Under the pieces are notes generated by a model. That model ran no database searches. It was not told the origin of the DNA and worked only from the letters and a program-made list of their open reading frames with translations. A DNA stretch of 63,550 nucleotides, filler included, from Lenisia limosa (Eukaryota; Protista; Breviatea): the NCBI GenBank assembly GCA_001655205.1. It is 10 parts of 10 records of this genome, joined end to end, with 100 filler letters (N's around TTAATTAATTAA, not from the genome) between each part and the next. Parts side by side here need not be neighbours in the genome. Positions count along the whole stretch, not along the records: positions 24,262 to 33,413 come from LPNZ01003714.1; positions 33,514 to 36,035 come from LPNZ01003532.1; positions 36,136 to 38,921 come from LPNZ01010706.1; 7 more parts are not named here. The stretch is one strand, 5' to 3'. Made by a program: the position numbers and the translations under genes. Below, piece by piece: positions 24,433-37,620 of the stretch (within the stretch, counting starts at the first letter, position 1; every line of letters begins with the position of its first letter).

Positions 24433-24802
24433 TGCCGCTTTTAAAAGACACTGCTAACGCTCCAGGACAACCTGATGGAATACAGTCGAATAAAGGCGTC
24501 AATAGATGATGCCTTCCGTGTGGTCAGTGAAACGAACGCCTTATTGGACTATGGGACTGCAAGCCAACGTGGGGGGGGTCTTCCCTTCGGTACAAACAGA
24601 CTGCATTTCTTAAGAAAGTCATCATATTGTATCTTTCCTTGTGTCTTTTGCTCTTTTCTCTCAATTTAAGCTTAGCTGCAAAACACATCTTCCTCCTGAC
24701 CCTCAGTTTCGGATGGAGAAGTTGAAAGTGAGGCAGCTGTTCTTTCGGAAGATTTGGTGAGCTAAGGGATGGGCGAGTTTTTCGTGTTCAGTGTTTAGGT
24801 GA

Positions 24803-24888
24803 TTTGGGCTTTGCTTGTTTTGCTGTTATCAACCCTCTTGTGTTGTCAGCCAACAGAGTTGATTTTGGGGTTTTTTGTTTTATAAATT
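24803..24888 (+). repeat. Intronic repeat family C (TGGGCTTTG..TTATCAACCCT..CAGCCAACAGAGTTGATTTTGGG)
   Basis: Related copies at 31432, 37105(-), 52897-53170 (two), 55467-55575, 56155(-), 58928(-), 63349-63450. Confidence 0.8.
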
Positions 24889-25440
24889 NNNNNNNNNNNN
24901 NNNNNNNNNNNNNNNNNNNNNNNNNNNCCCGATTGGGCCCCGGGCCGGGTGACGTTCTCAGTCAAATGATCAAGGCTGACGCTGCCAACGAGAAGCCCAG
25001 GATCGACCTTATGGATGTGGGGATGCTATCTGGGGGGAAAGTTTGAACTTCTGACTTTTCAGCAAAGTCGCAACCGAAGGGTTCCGGATATGGTGGACGA
25101 CGAGGGTGAAAGCGAGATGAGAATAGACAGGGCTAGGTAGGGCTTGGAATGTATTCGATATCTCATTTCATGCAATATTCAATCATCATAAATTTCCCAT
25201 GACAAGTGTCTTATTTATTTTTTTGGCATTTTGGACACGTTGTGTTTCGTGAGGTAGTCTAATTCACGTCTGGTTTTTATGTACTAGAATATGATATTGT
25301 GAACAAAATTTCATAACTCTGTAGGATATTTTAAGATTCTTATCATTACTTTTCTTATTCGTAGGGAATGGGCGCAGAGCTGGAGTCAGAACTTGGAAGA
25401 GAGTTTGAGGGCTTTGGTAATGGCTATTTCATGTGATGCC

Positions 25441-25537
25441 TAGATTCACTTCGGTTGAAAAAAAAGACTGAAATTCTCGATATATCCTCGAAAACTAACG
25501 ATATCTCTGGTCTTTTTCCAACCGAAGTGAAACCCTA
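25441..25537. mobile_element. MITE family A
   Basis: TA-GATTCACTTCGGTTG ... CAACCGAAGTGAAACCC-TA. Confidence 0.85.
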
Positions 25538-25904
25538 GTCATGCCCAAAACAAACACCCAAATGGAAAAGGCCGACTTGATACCCTCTTTTACGCCATTG
25601 TCCCTTATCCATTGCAGATGGCCCTGGTCCCTCAGGAGCACATTTGCCGAAGTCCCTGAGTATCGAGCTACAGCAACGGAGAATAGACTGAGCGATCCTC
25701 ATCTAGTATTGTATGTTTCACAAATGAGTGTTTTGTTTTGTTTCATGTATTTTATCTGATTTGACAATTTATAAACCGTGATAGAAGGGAGCGGCAGAAG
25801 ATAGTATTTCCGCAGTGAATTTGGTGCTAGAATTTGGCATAGAATTTGGGTGCTCTAAAATGGTGGTCATAGTGACAATGAGACGAAGCTGAATGGTATC
25901 AAGA

Positions 25905-27190
25905 ACTTAGTCGGAGTCCGAATCCAGGCCGAGGCTGAAGCTTGCCTTGGACTTGAAGCTGTGTTCTTCTCGAATAAGATTGCCTTCGGTTGACGACAAC
26001 GGCGATGGCTAAAAAGTCATTACAAAGACAATGCTGGCTAAAAAGTCAAAGACAAAAAAAGACAAAAGTGATCTCAAAAGTCATTAAATAAAAAAGACAA
26101 TTGATCTCATTTTGCTTGAACTGAAGTCCCTACCATGGGTGGTGGGAGGGCTGAACTTGGTACGTGTTGGGGTAACGAGGCTGTTGTGTCAGAAGATGAT
26201 ACCACTATATATCAACCACATAACGCTGGCTGGCATTGTATAATTTGATTTATTAATTCGTTATATCCCCTCCCCCATTGCGAACCTGAAGATGCTCTTT
26301 TGAGGCTTGCAGCCTGAAATATGAAAGAATGTGCGATAAACAAAACAAAACAAAAAATGCACAATGTAAAAAAAACATACGCATATTATGGATGCAACCA
26401 ATATTGAGTTATTCCGTACCTTCTCTTGGTGTACTGAGGGGAAGGGTGGTGCTGAAACTGTAGTGTGAAATCATTTCTCAAGGTGAAGGAACATGGACTT
26501 TCAGAATCGTAATAATCAGACAAATAGTACTTCCACAAATTGAATTTCGGCTTTTTGAACAGTTGAGAAGCAGGACTTCACTTCGGTTCCAAAAAACCCG
26601 GGAAATATCGAAAAGTTTTTGAGGATTAATCAAGAAATTCAGTCTTTTTTTGAACTGAAGTGAAGCCCTATTGGGAACTCTCTAGACTAATCAAACCTGG
26701 ATGGGTTGGCGGAGTGGGGCGGGACGGGGATGGAGGAATGGCGGAAGTTGGTCTTGGGGGAGAAGCGGTGGAGGGAACCGCACTGGGTGGACAGGAGGGC
26801 ACAATCCCGGCTCTATCAAACATAAGAGGGTCGAATAACCATGCCCCATATCCTTTGCTATCCTTATATCTTATAGTTATGGGCATATTGTATGTAATGG
26901 GATATGAAGACTGAGGTAACACTACATACTTTCTCTGGGCTTGCTGGTGGACCTTCAGAGACCTCGCAGTTGGATCGACTGGGCTGTTAGTTCCCAAGAA
27001 GAGTCCTTCTGTGAATATGGGTATTGAATATAATCACTAAACCCCCACCACCCTCATTGTGTGCTCATCCCTCCCCACATTTAGCCAGCTCATACAGACT
27101 GGCAGCTTTGAGGGTGGATTCCTGGGGGGCTGGTGGCATAGCCCGTGTTTTGTTGTCATCTCCATGGTCTGGAGGGGTGAGGCCAATTCT
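25905..27190 (-). CDS. Hypothetical multi-exon protein with a Pro-rich exon
   Basis: Series of AG/GT-bounded open exons ending ...LGLDSDSD*. No family recognised. Confidence 0.4.
26571..26670. mobile_element. MITE family A
   Basis: GGACTTCACTTCGGTTC ... GAACTGAAGTGAAGCCCTA. Confidence 0.85.
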
Positions 27191-29134
27191 ACACATAGTA
27201 TTCATAAATGATACTTACATACTATCATATCATATGAATTGATAAGTATTTCGACTCAAAGATAAACTGGCCACATATTTTCCCCCCATAACCACCGACA
27301 ACAGATCAAATTACAACCTATCAAATCATTCATTAAACCCTCTTGTCCTACTCAATCATTCGTTAAACCCTCTTGTCCATTATAGAATGCAAACATGACA
27401 CAGAATGCAAACCTGAAACATAGAAAGCGAGGCGTTCGGCAAACGTGACAGCATCCTCAAATGACACGCGGCCTGAAGAAGTGAACCGAAACAGAAGGTT
27501 GTAGGTTCTTATGGAATGATACGATTCACTAATTCACCAGTCATTTGCCTAGAGCACGGGTCATTGAGTCTCCCAAACGAATCCACCAATTCAATATGGA
27601 CCCGCTCACGTTGTGCGCCGCTCTCCGCAATGTCGATGATCTTCTTCCCATCGGTAATAACTACGTCAGATATTAGTAGGATTACGTGCAAATAATTGAA
27701 AAATAATTGTTAAATTTGAAGTGTGATATCTTATTGTTATGGAAACTCCATTTCAGACACTAATTTCCTCAAAGAATCAACTTTACGGAGCCCTAGATAT
27801 TAGCTCAGGCTGTGATTATGTTCGTTATAATAATCTGAAAAAAAAGTAACAACATTTGAAATAATTGAACATACACTGACAATAATATTCCAAATCAAAT
27901 ACTAGATTAAATGTGTTCAAACCTCTGACAAGTTGCTCCTCAGCTTGTCGAAGAGTTTGCACCAAAGAAACAAGTTGCTCTGAAGGGTAAGGAAAAACGA
28001 CGTATAAAAAACGAGAAACGAGAAAGGACGTTAATATGGCAAAAATCAATTTTGAATAGACTGGTATTCCTGACCCTGAAAGCATTCATGGAACGATGTT
28101 GATACTCAATAATAACGGAAGGNNNNNNNNNNNNNNNNNNNNNNNNNNNNNNNNNNNNNNNNNNNNNNNNNNNNNNNNNNNNNNNNNNNNNNNNNNNNNN
28201 NNNNNNNNNAATCGAGTTGACAAGAGCGTCGTCTTCAGACACTGCCTTGTTAGATGGCAAATGGATTGTCTTGTACTTGCTGAGGTGAAACGGCTGACTT
28301 GGGCCGAAGCCGTATGTATTGATAACTCCATTTCATAACATATTAATTCACCCAATCATTTGTTACCGTACAACTGGATTATTAGCCCTACACTATATCA
28401 CTCATTCACCGCAAACGTGAGTCAATCGCTTTTTGAATGGACTCATGGGCTTCAACAACCTGCAGGGTCAAATGAGAAAAGGGCCACGCCAAGTGTCAGG
28501 ACTTATCGCGGTCAGTGTATGCCATCATGGATATACGAATTTCACATAATTTCCGAACTAAATTGTACCCGAACGGTAAGAGCAAACCGCCTGCATGGCT
28601 TCAGCTGGGTGAGGCCGTTCCACCTGTCCAATATTGGTTTGCTCCAAAGACGTGATAAGCTACATTGTATTAGAAGATTCAGAATATCCAATAATATCAG
28701 AGAGACCAAGTCATTCATACTGTTGAAGTAGAGGTTCTAAAATGTTCTAAAAGGTCAACGATCTTGCTTCCGCAAGACATCAGTTAAAAGGTCTCCCTCT
28801 CAGCGAATTCAGGCATAAACTCAGAAGATGATGAAGTAGGACACACGCAAATTCGGGATTTTCGCTCAATCCGTCAAAAATTTACTTAAAAGCTTTGAAC
28901 AAAGACATTAAGCGGAAGGGGATTGGTAGTGGTGCTTTCTTTCGTTTTTTTAGTTTTTTTTTCCAGGTGCACAAAGAAAAAGTAAACCAAATCCTGTGCC
29001 CTTTATATAGATTGCCTTTCCCCCCAAATTTTTTTCGAAAAATCACAAGCTCACAAGCATCTGTCAGTGTTTTTGTTGTTTATAGAGTTAATTCACAGAA
29101 AAGATTGAGACTTAGGAGAGTCAGAAGATTTAGC

Positions 29135-30712
29135 TGAGGTTGTCATGAGTACGCCTACCTCCCCTGAGGTATGCTAGGCCTTGGATTAAAGGATAATCTT
29201 TATAAAAACATAAATCATGGTCATCTAGGACACTCAGGGTGAGCCAGAGACCCCACTGGTTGAAAATGAAGCCTCTACATCGGCTGTGGAGGAGCCTGGT
29301 TTGTATAATATATAACAAAAAATGAAGTAATAACATTTTTAGCTGCACAACCTTCCTCATCTTGTAATGGTCCGTCAAAAGTAGTGAAGGAAGGTTAGAG
29401 GCGGGGCGAAATTCATCTTTCTAAGGCTATATTAATGTTATTTTAGGATTCCTTTTGAAAGAAGGGTCAGGTATTCGTAAATCTTGGGACAACCGCTACT
29501 TCGTCATCTATGGGGGAGATTTAATGTATTTTCATGACAAAAAGGTGAGTTGACAAGGGCCTCCAGGTCATAAATCTTCCGCGACACTACCTGTACTGAC
29601 CCATCTTTTAGGAGGCTGAGGACTTTATCGCCACACAATCTACCCCCGGAACATCCATCTGTCTTGCTAAGTATTCGCTTCTGCTTCCTAAGGACAAGAA
29701 GAAGAAATTTGTCTTCCAACTCTATGTTCCCGGTGACAGAGCCTACAACCTTGCTGCTGAGTCTGAAGCCGAGCTGGTTGGCAAGATCTGTCTTCTTTCT
29801 TGATTCATGAGATAATATTGGGTTTATCCTGGTGGTTAGCAAATCTTCCTGTTCTCCAGCGTTGTGTTTCTGTTAACCCAGTAGCAATCTTGGGTGGAGT
29901 CATGTAAGAAAGCGTCCCCCACGCAATCCGCGGAAAAACGTAAGGGAAGACTCAATCATTAATGGGTTAATATTGTACTAAATCATTAATGGGTTAATAT
30001 TGGACAAAATCATCAAATGGGGTTGGATTCAGAGGTTGTGAATGTGACTGCATTATTGTATTCTTACCTACCAGTGGTCCTGATGAGACCCTCGCTTTTG
30101 AGGGAGTTCTTCCGGGACAAATCAGGTGACGTGCGTTACCTAGTCCTCGATCACAACTTCCTCTACATCTTCTCCCCCCATGATCCGCGCCACCACGAGA
30201 TCAGACATAGCCAGGGATGGGTGGTTCACTCGTCGTATCACATCAAGGTACATATGGAGGCGTTTATGAGCGCTACTCAGTACTTTATGGCATTTCCAGG
30301 AGGGTCTACATAGAGTGATTATCAGGGTTATCAAGAGCTAAATAGGAGTTATTTTCTCGATAAATCTGTTGATTAAAAATCAACATTAAAAGTTCATATC
30401 TGTTTTGTACTTTCCCCAGTCTTTTGCCGGGCAGCGCTACTGCTTTCTCNNNNNNNNNNNNNNNNNNNNNNNNNNNNNNNNNNNNNNNNNNNNNNNNNNN
30501 NNNNNNNNNNNNNNNNNNNNNNNNNNNNNNNNNNNNNNNNNNNNNNNNNNNNNNNNNNNNACGAAGTCCAAGTACGGCTGCGCAGCCCTCAAGATCGCCG
30601 ATCAGTGGAACAGCTGCATTCTGTTCAGTGACGACTCCGCCTCCGTGGCCAAATGGATGCAGGCCCTGGACGACGCTCTCAAGGATACCGCCGCCGGCAA
30701 TCTGGATGAGGA
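29135..30712 (+). CDS. Pleckstrin-homology (PH) domain protein, probably two PH domains, multi-exon
   Basis: KVVKEG-FLLKEGSGIRKSWDNRYFVIYGGDLMYF...KKFVFQLYVPGDRAYNLAAESEAEL..WV; a second unit ends LFSDDSASVAKWMQALDDAL. Confidence 0.85.
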
Positions 30713-31128
30713 TGTGGGCTGCTGGGCATTGAATCTACTCCTGGGTTACAGTAATAAGAGAAAATGAATAAGGATGTACTCATACTCATCCTTAGTTTGT
30801 CAGTGCTACCTTAGTTTGTCAATGCTCATCACCTTTTAGGGATTCTCTGTCCACCCAGCATCCGAGGGTGGAGTCGATCATTACGCTGTGAAAGCGGTTG
30901 GGGGTTGTGGAGAGATACACGAAAATTTAACATTAATGAGCCAACATTCCACAGTTGTTGCATGGATATTATAGCATATTTATGGTGGTCTAACCAATTC
31001 GCCTTTTCTCAGTTTGACCTTGTAGGAAAAGTGCACTGACAAGCAGCCACCTTATGCGGGTGATGATGAAAACGTGGGTTTCTTTCTTATTTGTTTTCTT
31101 TTGTCTTACAATTAGAAACAGTCATGAC

Positions 31129-31226
31129 TAGTGCTTTCCTACGGTCCGAAAAAGACCGGTAAAATATCGATATTTATCGGGATTTATCGAGAAATTCAGT
31201 CTTTTTTGGGACTGTAGGGAAGCCCA
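31129..31226. mobile_element. MITE family A, subfamily 2 (CCTACGG/CCGTAGG arms)
   Basis: CTTTCCTACGGTCCGAAAA ... GGGACTGTAGGGAAGCCC. Confidence 0.8.
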
Positions 31227-31552
31227 AGTTATGACACATATTTTTTGGTGAACCCTTCACATCCCAGGCTCCGCGGCACAAAAAAGACTCAGAATGCGAA
31301 CACCTGTATCTCATTCGAGTCAAGGTGGGTTGGTATACTTCATGGATTTCGGTTTTTATTTGAGAGAATTAATTAGCAACGGACCTGAAGCCATTGTGTC
31401 AACAGAATTTGACCCCCCCTCCCCCTCTGCGGTGCTGCAGAAGCGNNNNNNNNNNNNNNNNNNNNNNNNNNNNNNNNNNNNNNNNNNNNNNATGTTTTCC
31501 AATTTTATACATTTGGGTGATCGAGCGGTGGTGGCTCTTCTAAGGCTGGCTG

Positions 31553-31736
31553 GGGCTTTTTGTTTTTGTTTTTGTCATCTGGCTTTTGTCTAGTTTGAGC
31601 GTTGGTTGCTCGTGTTTATTATTGCTTGTTTTTTTTTTGTTTGTTTGTTTGGAGTTTCGGATTATTTGGTTCGTGATTAGTACCTTTACGCCAATATTCT
31701 TCATCGATCTTACCTTCGTTTTACTCCCCCTCCCAG
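31553..31736 (+). repeat. Intron 3' module D/E, homologous to 54020-54188 and 33325-33413
   Basis: TGTCATCTGG(C/T)TTTTGTC..GGTTGCT..ATTGCTTG and ATTAT(T)(T/C)GGTT..AATATTCTTCATCGA..CTTCGTT, followed by a C-run and AG. Confidence 0.8.
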
Positions 31737-32739
31737 ATCTTCAACGTGGAATATGGCGTCACAGTCAACCATACCATTCTTCAGGCAGCTTACGACGAAG
31801 TGAGCCGTCTTATCCTTTCTTTTCTCATTTGCTGCTCATAATATTTATTTACCTGATACAACTCCCTTTTGTTTAAAAAAATATCATTTCTACATGGCTG
31901 TAGGATAATATGCAATGTACAAAATAATTTTCATCATCAACATCCTTTATTAGCATCACTGTGTGGGGATTCAGCCTTTGTTTGTTTCATAATATTGATG
32001 TTGTCTTCAAAACGTGCATATTGCAAAAAAGAAGGAACATCAAAAGGGCCAAAGCATACCACACCATCACGTCATAATTATCTTTGTAGCTGCTCTCGAG
32101 TTGGCCCTCAATTGTGTTCCCCATTCTCCCTCCCGCCGCTCTCCCGAAGAAGAAGAAAGTTGGCTCGGAGTAAGTGATCATTGTGTTCTCCTTAAATAAC
32201 AACATTTTCTAAGGTACAGTAGCAATTCATTTCAGCCTCTTTGGCCAGCCTTGCTGACTGACACTCTAGAATGACCCTCGGGTTGAGATTGACCTGATGA
32301 CCGGGGACTTTCTTCAGGCTTTATTCAACGAGCTCATCGGTTGGCAATAAGCTCTCTCTCTTAAAAAGGGTTCAAATGAAAAATCATACATAATATGGTT
32401 CAATGGACTCTGCTGCAAAAATCGATTTTGACTACAACAGGTGAGAACTTTGTTTCACGTTCACCTGTGCTTTACGACTTGCTGGATGTGTCGTCACCAA
32501 TGCGTGCTGTTTTCCAAGTGGGGGGTGCGTGTTTTATTCTTCCATTCTAGGATTGTGATACGTGATGATTATCTCTTACTTCCTACCCCTCAGAAATGAT
32601 TTTTGTATTAAACGTTTACATCACGCCTTGTCATGATGGTCGCTAAGTGCTTGTGAAATAGCACCTTGTTTTCTCTGATATCGATATATTCAGGCATTTA
32701 TCCATACATGAGCCCAGCCATTATTACTCACTCTATTAG

Positions 32740-33090
32740 AACAGCGTTGAGTTCCTGAACTTCGCGTATACTATGCATTCTGAACTGGACCGTGCGGCGC
32801 CTTCTGGTGGGGGGGCGGGGCGGTAAGAGTTAATNNNNNNNNNNNNNNNNNNNNNNNNNNNNNNNNNNNNNNNNNNNNNNNNNNNNNNNNNNNNNNNNNN
32901 NNNNNNNNNNNTCATTGGAAAGAGTTGTCAACTCTATTTCGCTCATACTTGAATTTTTTTTTATCTATATTTCCCGAAATAACCCACCAGGAGAAACATG
33001 TCTCATGGCTGCCATCCGTCATGGCCACCAGGAAATTGCCGAGAAGCTGGTCGAGCTTTCTCCTTCCTGTGTCCACTCCAAACACACAAA
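32740..33090 (+). CDS. Ankyrin-repeat protein exons
   Basis: SELDRAAPSG-ETCLMAAIRHGHQEIAEKLVEL fits the ankyrin GxTxLxxAxxxGH pattern. Confidence 0.75.
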
Positions 33091-33131
33091 TGTAGGGCAA
33101 TGGGCAGTCCAGGCAATGTACATTATTTACG

Positions 33132-33221
33132 CAGGGTTTCACACTGTTTCGAAAAAGACTGGGTGATTTATTGAGGATTTATTAAGGGTTTCAATCTTTT
33201 TTGGACCAAAGTGAAACCCTA
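33132..33221. mobile_element. MITE family A
   Basis: AGGGTTTCAC ... GTGAAACCCTA. Confidence 0.75.
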
Positions 33222-33601
33222 TGTTCATTCGTGTTATGTTGTGGCTATCATGTGCCTTGTTTTCATCTCCTTACTATTCCAATGACTCTTCACGAGTACA
33301 TTATCCATGTAACCCCTTACCTCTCCCATTTGGAGTTTTACATTATTCGGTTCATGATTCATACCTTACGCCAATATTCTTCTTCGAAATTTTCTTCGTT
33401 ACCCCCCCCCCCCNNNNNNNNNNNNNNNNNNNNNNNNNNNNNNNNNNNNNNNNNNNNTTAATTAATTAANNNNNNNNNNNNNNNNNNNNNNNNNNNNNNN
33501 NNNNNNNNNNNNNTGAGAATGAGATTATGACAACAGGAGCGTGGACAGAATGAGCAAAGTTGAAAGAGTTATAATAAGGCAAAAGATTAAGCGAAGGGGG
33601 T

Positions 33602-33686
33602 AAATTAATATTCTACTATAATCCAATATCTCTTATAAGCGTGATGCTGTGGACGGCCTCGGCCAGATACAACCATTTTTTATTTC
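33602..33686 (+). repeat. Dispersed repeat family B
   Basis: Close match to 4351-4432. Confidence 0.85.
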
Positions 33687-33788
33687 GTATCTCTTACTTC
33701 ATTCAGCCCTTACTGAGATAAATACAGCTAAGTACTGAAATGTCACGGGGTGTCGTCGAAGCACATTACCCCCACCCCCATTAACATA

Positions 33789-33866
33789 CAGTGACCGGGA
33801 AATGTCTTGACCGATTTGCTATGTGATTTCTCAAGGAAAGTCGGTCAAGACTTATTCTGGTCACTG
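33789..33866. mobile_element. Tc1/mariner-type MITE family F (~80 bp)
   Basis: TA-CAGTGACCGGG..GTCTTGACCGA ... TCGGTCAAGAC..CTGGTCACTG; TIR starts CAGT after TA. Confidence 0.85.
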
Positions 33867-36800
33867 CTAAAAATCAATGGATTCCATGGAGGACAAGTAA
33901 TATCGTAGATCTTCTTTGTCATCCATGGATTTGGATTTTTCATCCAAGATAAAGGCCTCCAATCATTCGATTGCTTGAGCTCCCTTCTCAGTTTACCTCA
34001 ACTCAACATTTTAATGGTACTTGGTTAAATTTGTGGTACGATAAAATATGGATACAATCAAGGGATNNNNNNNNNNNNNNNNNNNNNNNNNNNNNNNNNN
34101 NNNNNNNNNNNNNNNNNNNNNNNNNNNNNNNNNNNNNNNNNNNNNNNNNNNNNNNNNNNNNNNNNNNNNNNNNNNACATCCACATGCGGTTCCCGAGGCC
34201 AAGCTAGGAGGCAAGGGGAGTAGATATCTTGTATGTCTCCAAGAGCTTCGTTTTACTGTTGAAGGCAAGTTGAAGGCACTCGAGTTGCACTCGAGGATGG
34301 CGAGACCTCCGGGGGAGAAGGAAGGGAGGGAGGGAGGGGGGGACTTGGGGAGTGATGAAGCAGTGATGAAGNNNNNNNNNNNNNNNNNNNNNNNNNNNNN
34401 NNNNNNNNNNNNNNNNNNNNNNNNNNNNNNNNNNNNNNNNNNNNNNNNNNNNNNNNNNNNNNNNNNNNNNNNNNNNNNNNNNNNNNNNNNNNNNNNNNNN
34501 NNNNNNNNNNNNNNNNNNNNNNNNNNNNNNNNNNNNNNNNNNNNNNNNNNNNNNNNNNNNNNNNNNGCTACTAAATAATCGCTTTAAACTCAGGAGCAGT
34601 AATCGAGGGCTCAAGCTAATCTGGCTATTCTTGCTTGTTATTGTAACACAAAATACTAAATTCCCAAAGAATTCGTGTGCCGTCAAGGGGAAAGAAAACT
34701 AATATACATCTACCAAAAGCAAAGAGAGACAAAATACAATATTCAAACAAGACCTAGACGTGGGGGGGCTTAGAAATAACTTGACTGGGGGGAACGAGTA
34801 GCGCCCTGAAAACAGTCAAAAAAAGTAAAAGACAAGAGAGTGACTTAAAGTAGTGTAGAAACTTGTCTCAATGATTTAAAATAGCCGAATATTGATATTT
34901 GATAAAGTCGGCTTAGCAGACATTAGTGAAGAAAACATCGAAATGCTGCGGCAGGGTTTTTATTCAAATTTAAAGGTATGTAGAAATAAGAAATAAAAAA
35001 GTATCCCTGCTGAAGCCGTCCCCATCATTACACAAAACTACAACACTAATCATATCAGCGACCCCACCTGGGGAGGGGACTTGGAAGTGGATCTCTCACG
35101 CAGAACCGGTGACGTAGCCGCCTTCAGGTAGGGCGCCAGAGGGTCAATGACGGCCGCGGGGCGATCTATGATCTCCGAGGGATGCGGGCTGCCGGAGGAC
35201 GACGCAGTTCGCGTCTGAAGGCGTAAAGGTGGCGTAAAAATGGCGTATAAAAAAAAGATTGTGTGAGGAATAGGTTTGAGCGAAAAAGAGTGTACGGCAA
35301 ACTGGATTGCCACAAATATATTGGTAAGTCTTGACCGATTCTCCTAAGGGTATTCGTCAAGACTACCATGGTAACAGTATATGCCACAAAAAGGCATAGT
35401 GTATTAGACTTTCAAAGAATCCCGAAATATATCGCTATTTATCTGATTTTTTTTTGGTCCAATGTAGGAAAACACTATTTTCTATTGATATAAACAAAAT
35501 TGCGAGACAACACCCAGACACTCGTACCGATGAGATAAAATGGTTGGCTGGAGTGGCAGGTGTTGTGGGTGATGGGGGGGAATGCGGGGTAACAGGGGAG
35601 CCGGAGTTATTACTTTCCTGAAAAGGTAAGTCTGTTCCCGATAAGGCAAGTAGGCCTCATGAAACCTGGTCCTCACCATGTGGGCAGGGGGCATGAAGGG
35701 AAGAGGGGGGCTGCCAGTTGGGGGTACCCCTGAGAACCCGGGGTTGTACTGCGGTGTGAGAGCGACAATCTGTAATTTTTTTCCCCCACATGTGGTCTCA
35801 GAGATGCTTTTTTTGTAAAAAAAAAACAGTCTGAATAAAAAAGACTAGAAGTTCTAACTCATGATACTCAAGAAAGACCAACCCTGGGAGAACAAATAAT
35901 ATGACACATTTCTCTCAAAATAAAAGAATATGACATCAATAGAGACGAACCTGGGGGAACGGTGGTCGATATTGAAGGGCAGTCGTGATGGGAGGGGCTG
36001 AGGCCTTGAGCTGCGCCTCCGTAACTTCCTTATTGNNNNNNNNNNNNNNNNNNNNNNNNNNNNNNNNNNNNNNNNNNNNTTAATTAATTAANNNNNNNNN
36101 NNNNNNNNNNNNNNNNNNNNNNNNNNNNNNNNNNNACACCATCACGCTTATAAGCAATTAATTAGATTATAGAAAACAATAAAATTAGATTATAGAAAAC
36201 AATAAAATTAACCTCTCGAAAACTACTCATATCAACCCTATGTAAAAATTCGATAGTTTTCAAGAATTTATCAAGAAATTCACTCTTGTTTGAACCAAAG
36301 TGAACCCGACATATTAGAGTATGTGAGGTTTTGGAGTTGCCAGGCCTACAGCTTAAGACGGAGGATCGGACGATCGTCCACGTTGTCGGTAATGTGTGAA
36401 ACTGCCTGGGGGAGTAAAATTGGGGGAAAAAATTATGAAAAAAAGAAGAAGAAAAAAAAACACCCGAAAGCAACTCGGGTGGGAAGGGAGGNNNNNNNNN
36501 NNNNNNNNNNNNNNNNNNNNNNNNNNNNNNNNNNNNNNNNNNNNNNNNNNNNNNNNNNNNNNNNNNNNNNNNNNNNNNNNNNNNNNNNNNNNNNNNNNNN
36601 NNNNNNNNNNNNNNNNNNNNNNNNNNNNNNNNNNNNNNNNNNNNNNNNNNNNNNNNNNNNNNNNNNNNNNNNNNNNNNNNNNNNNNNNNNNNNNNNNNNN
36701 NNNNNNNNNNNNNNNNNNNNNNNNNNNNNNNNNNNNNNNNNNNNNNNNNNNNNNNNNNNCTACAACAACACAATAATAATAACCAACAACAACAACAATG

Positions 36801-36899
36801 ATTAACCCAGCAGCCTAGAGAACTGCAGACGGCGATCATTGTGACGAAGAACAAACAACAACAACAACAGCAGCAGTAGCAGCAGTAACAAAACAAACC

Positions 36900-37620
36900 C
36901 ATTAGCCTACAGAGCTGCAGATGGCGCTCTTAGTGGCGCGGTCATTGGCGCTGTTCTTGTCCTTGAGTTGAGCAATGAGAATACCGACGGAGTTAACGTA
37001 TCCTTCAGCAGCTAAAAAGTGATTAATAGAGTAAAAATACTGTGAGACAAGAGAGATAGATGGGGAAGGGGGGTCAAACAAAATATATATATAAAAAGGC
37101 CACAAAGTCAACTCTATTGGGTTGAAAACAACATTAAAAATGGAAAATTAAAAGGCCAAACTCAAAATAAGTTCAATTAGTGACAGTATACAATTTCATA
37201 AAGGGATAATAGCTCTCAGCAGGTGATCAACAAGAGGGTAAGCCTCTTCCACTTACACTACCCACAGACTAATAGATAGAGATGAGAAATAAAACAAGGT
37301 TGTATCTGGCAGAAGCCGTCNNNNNNNNNNNNNNNNNNNNNNNNNNNNNNNNNNNNNNNNNNNNNNNNNNNNNNNNNNNNNNNNNNNNNNNNNNNNNNNN
37401 NNNNNNNNNNNNNNNGACTCGACCTCCTCACTAGAAACTCCACGAATCGTTATGTTACACTACGTTTATTGTGAGTATACACCCCAACATACCCTCCTCT
37501 TCACGATGCTTGAGAACGAAGGGGATCTCGCTGACAAGGTTTTGGACAAGTTGAGAGTGGTTCTGCTTCTCAATGGCCGCGTTGAGGCTGCTCATAAACT
37601 TCTGGCCAGCTTCACTGTTA
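36900..37620 (-). CDS. Helical-repeat protein exons, weakly resembling the eIF3 subunit M N-terminus
   Basis: DQDNSEAGQKFMSSLNAAIEKQNHSQLVQNLVSEIPFVLK and AEGYVNSVGILIAQLKDK. The resemblance is by eye only and splice phases are unresolved. Confidence 0.3.
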
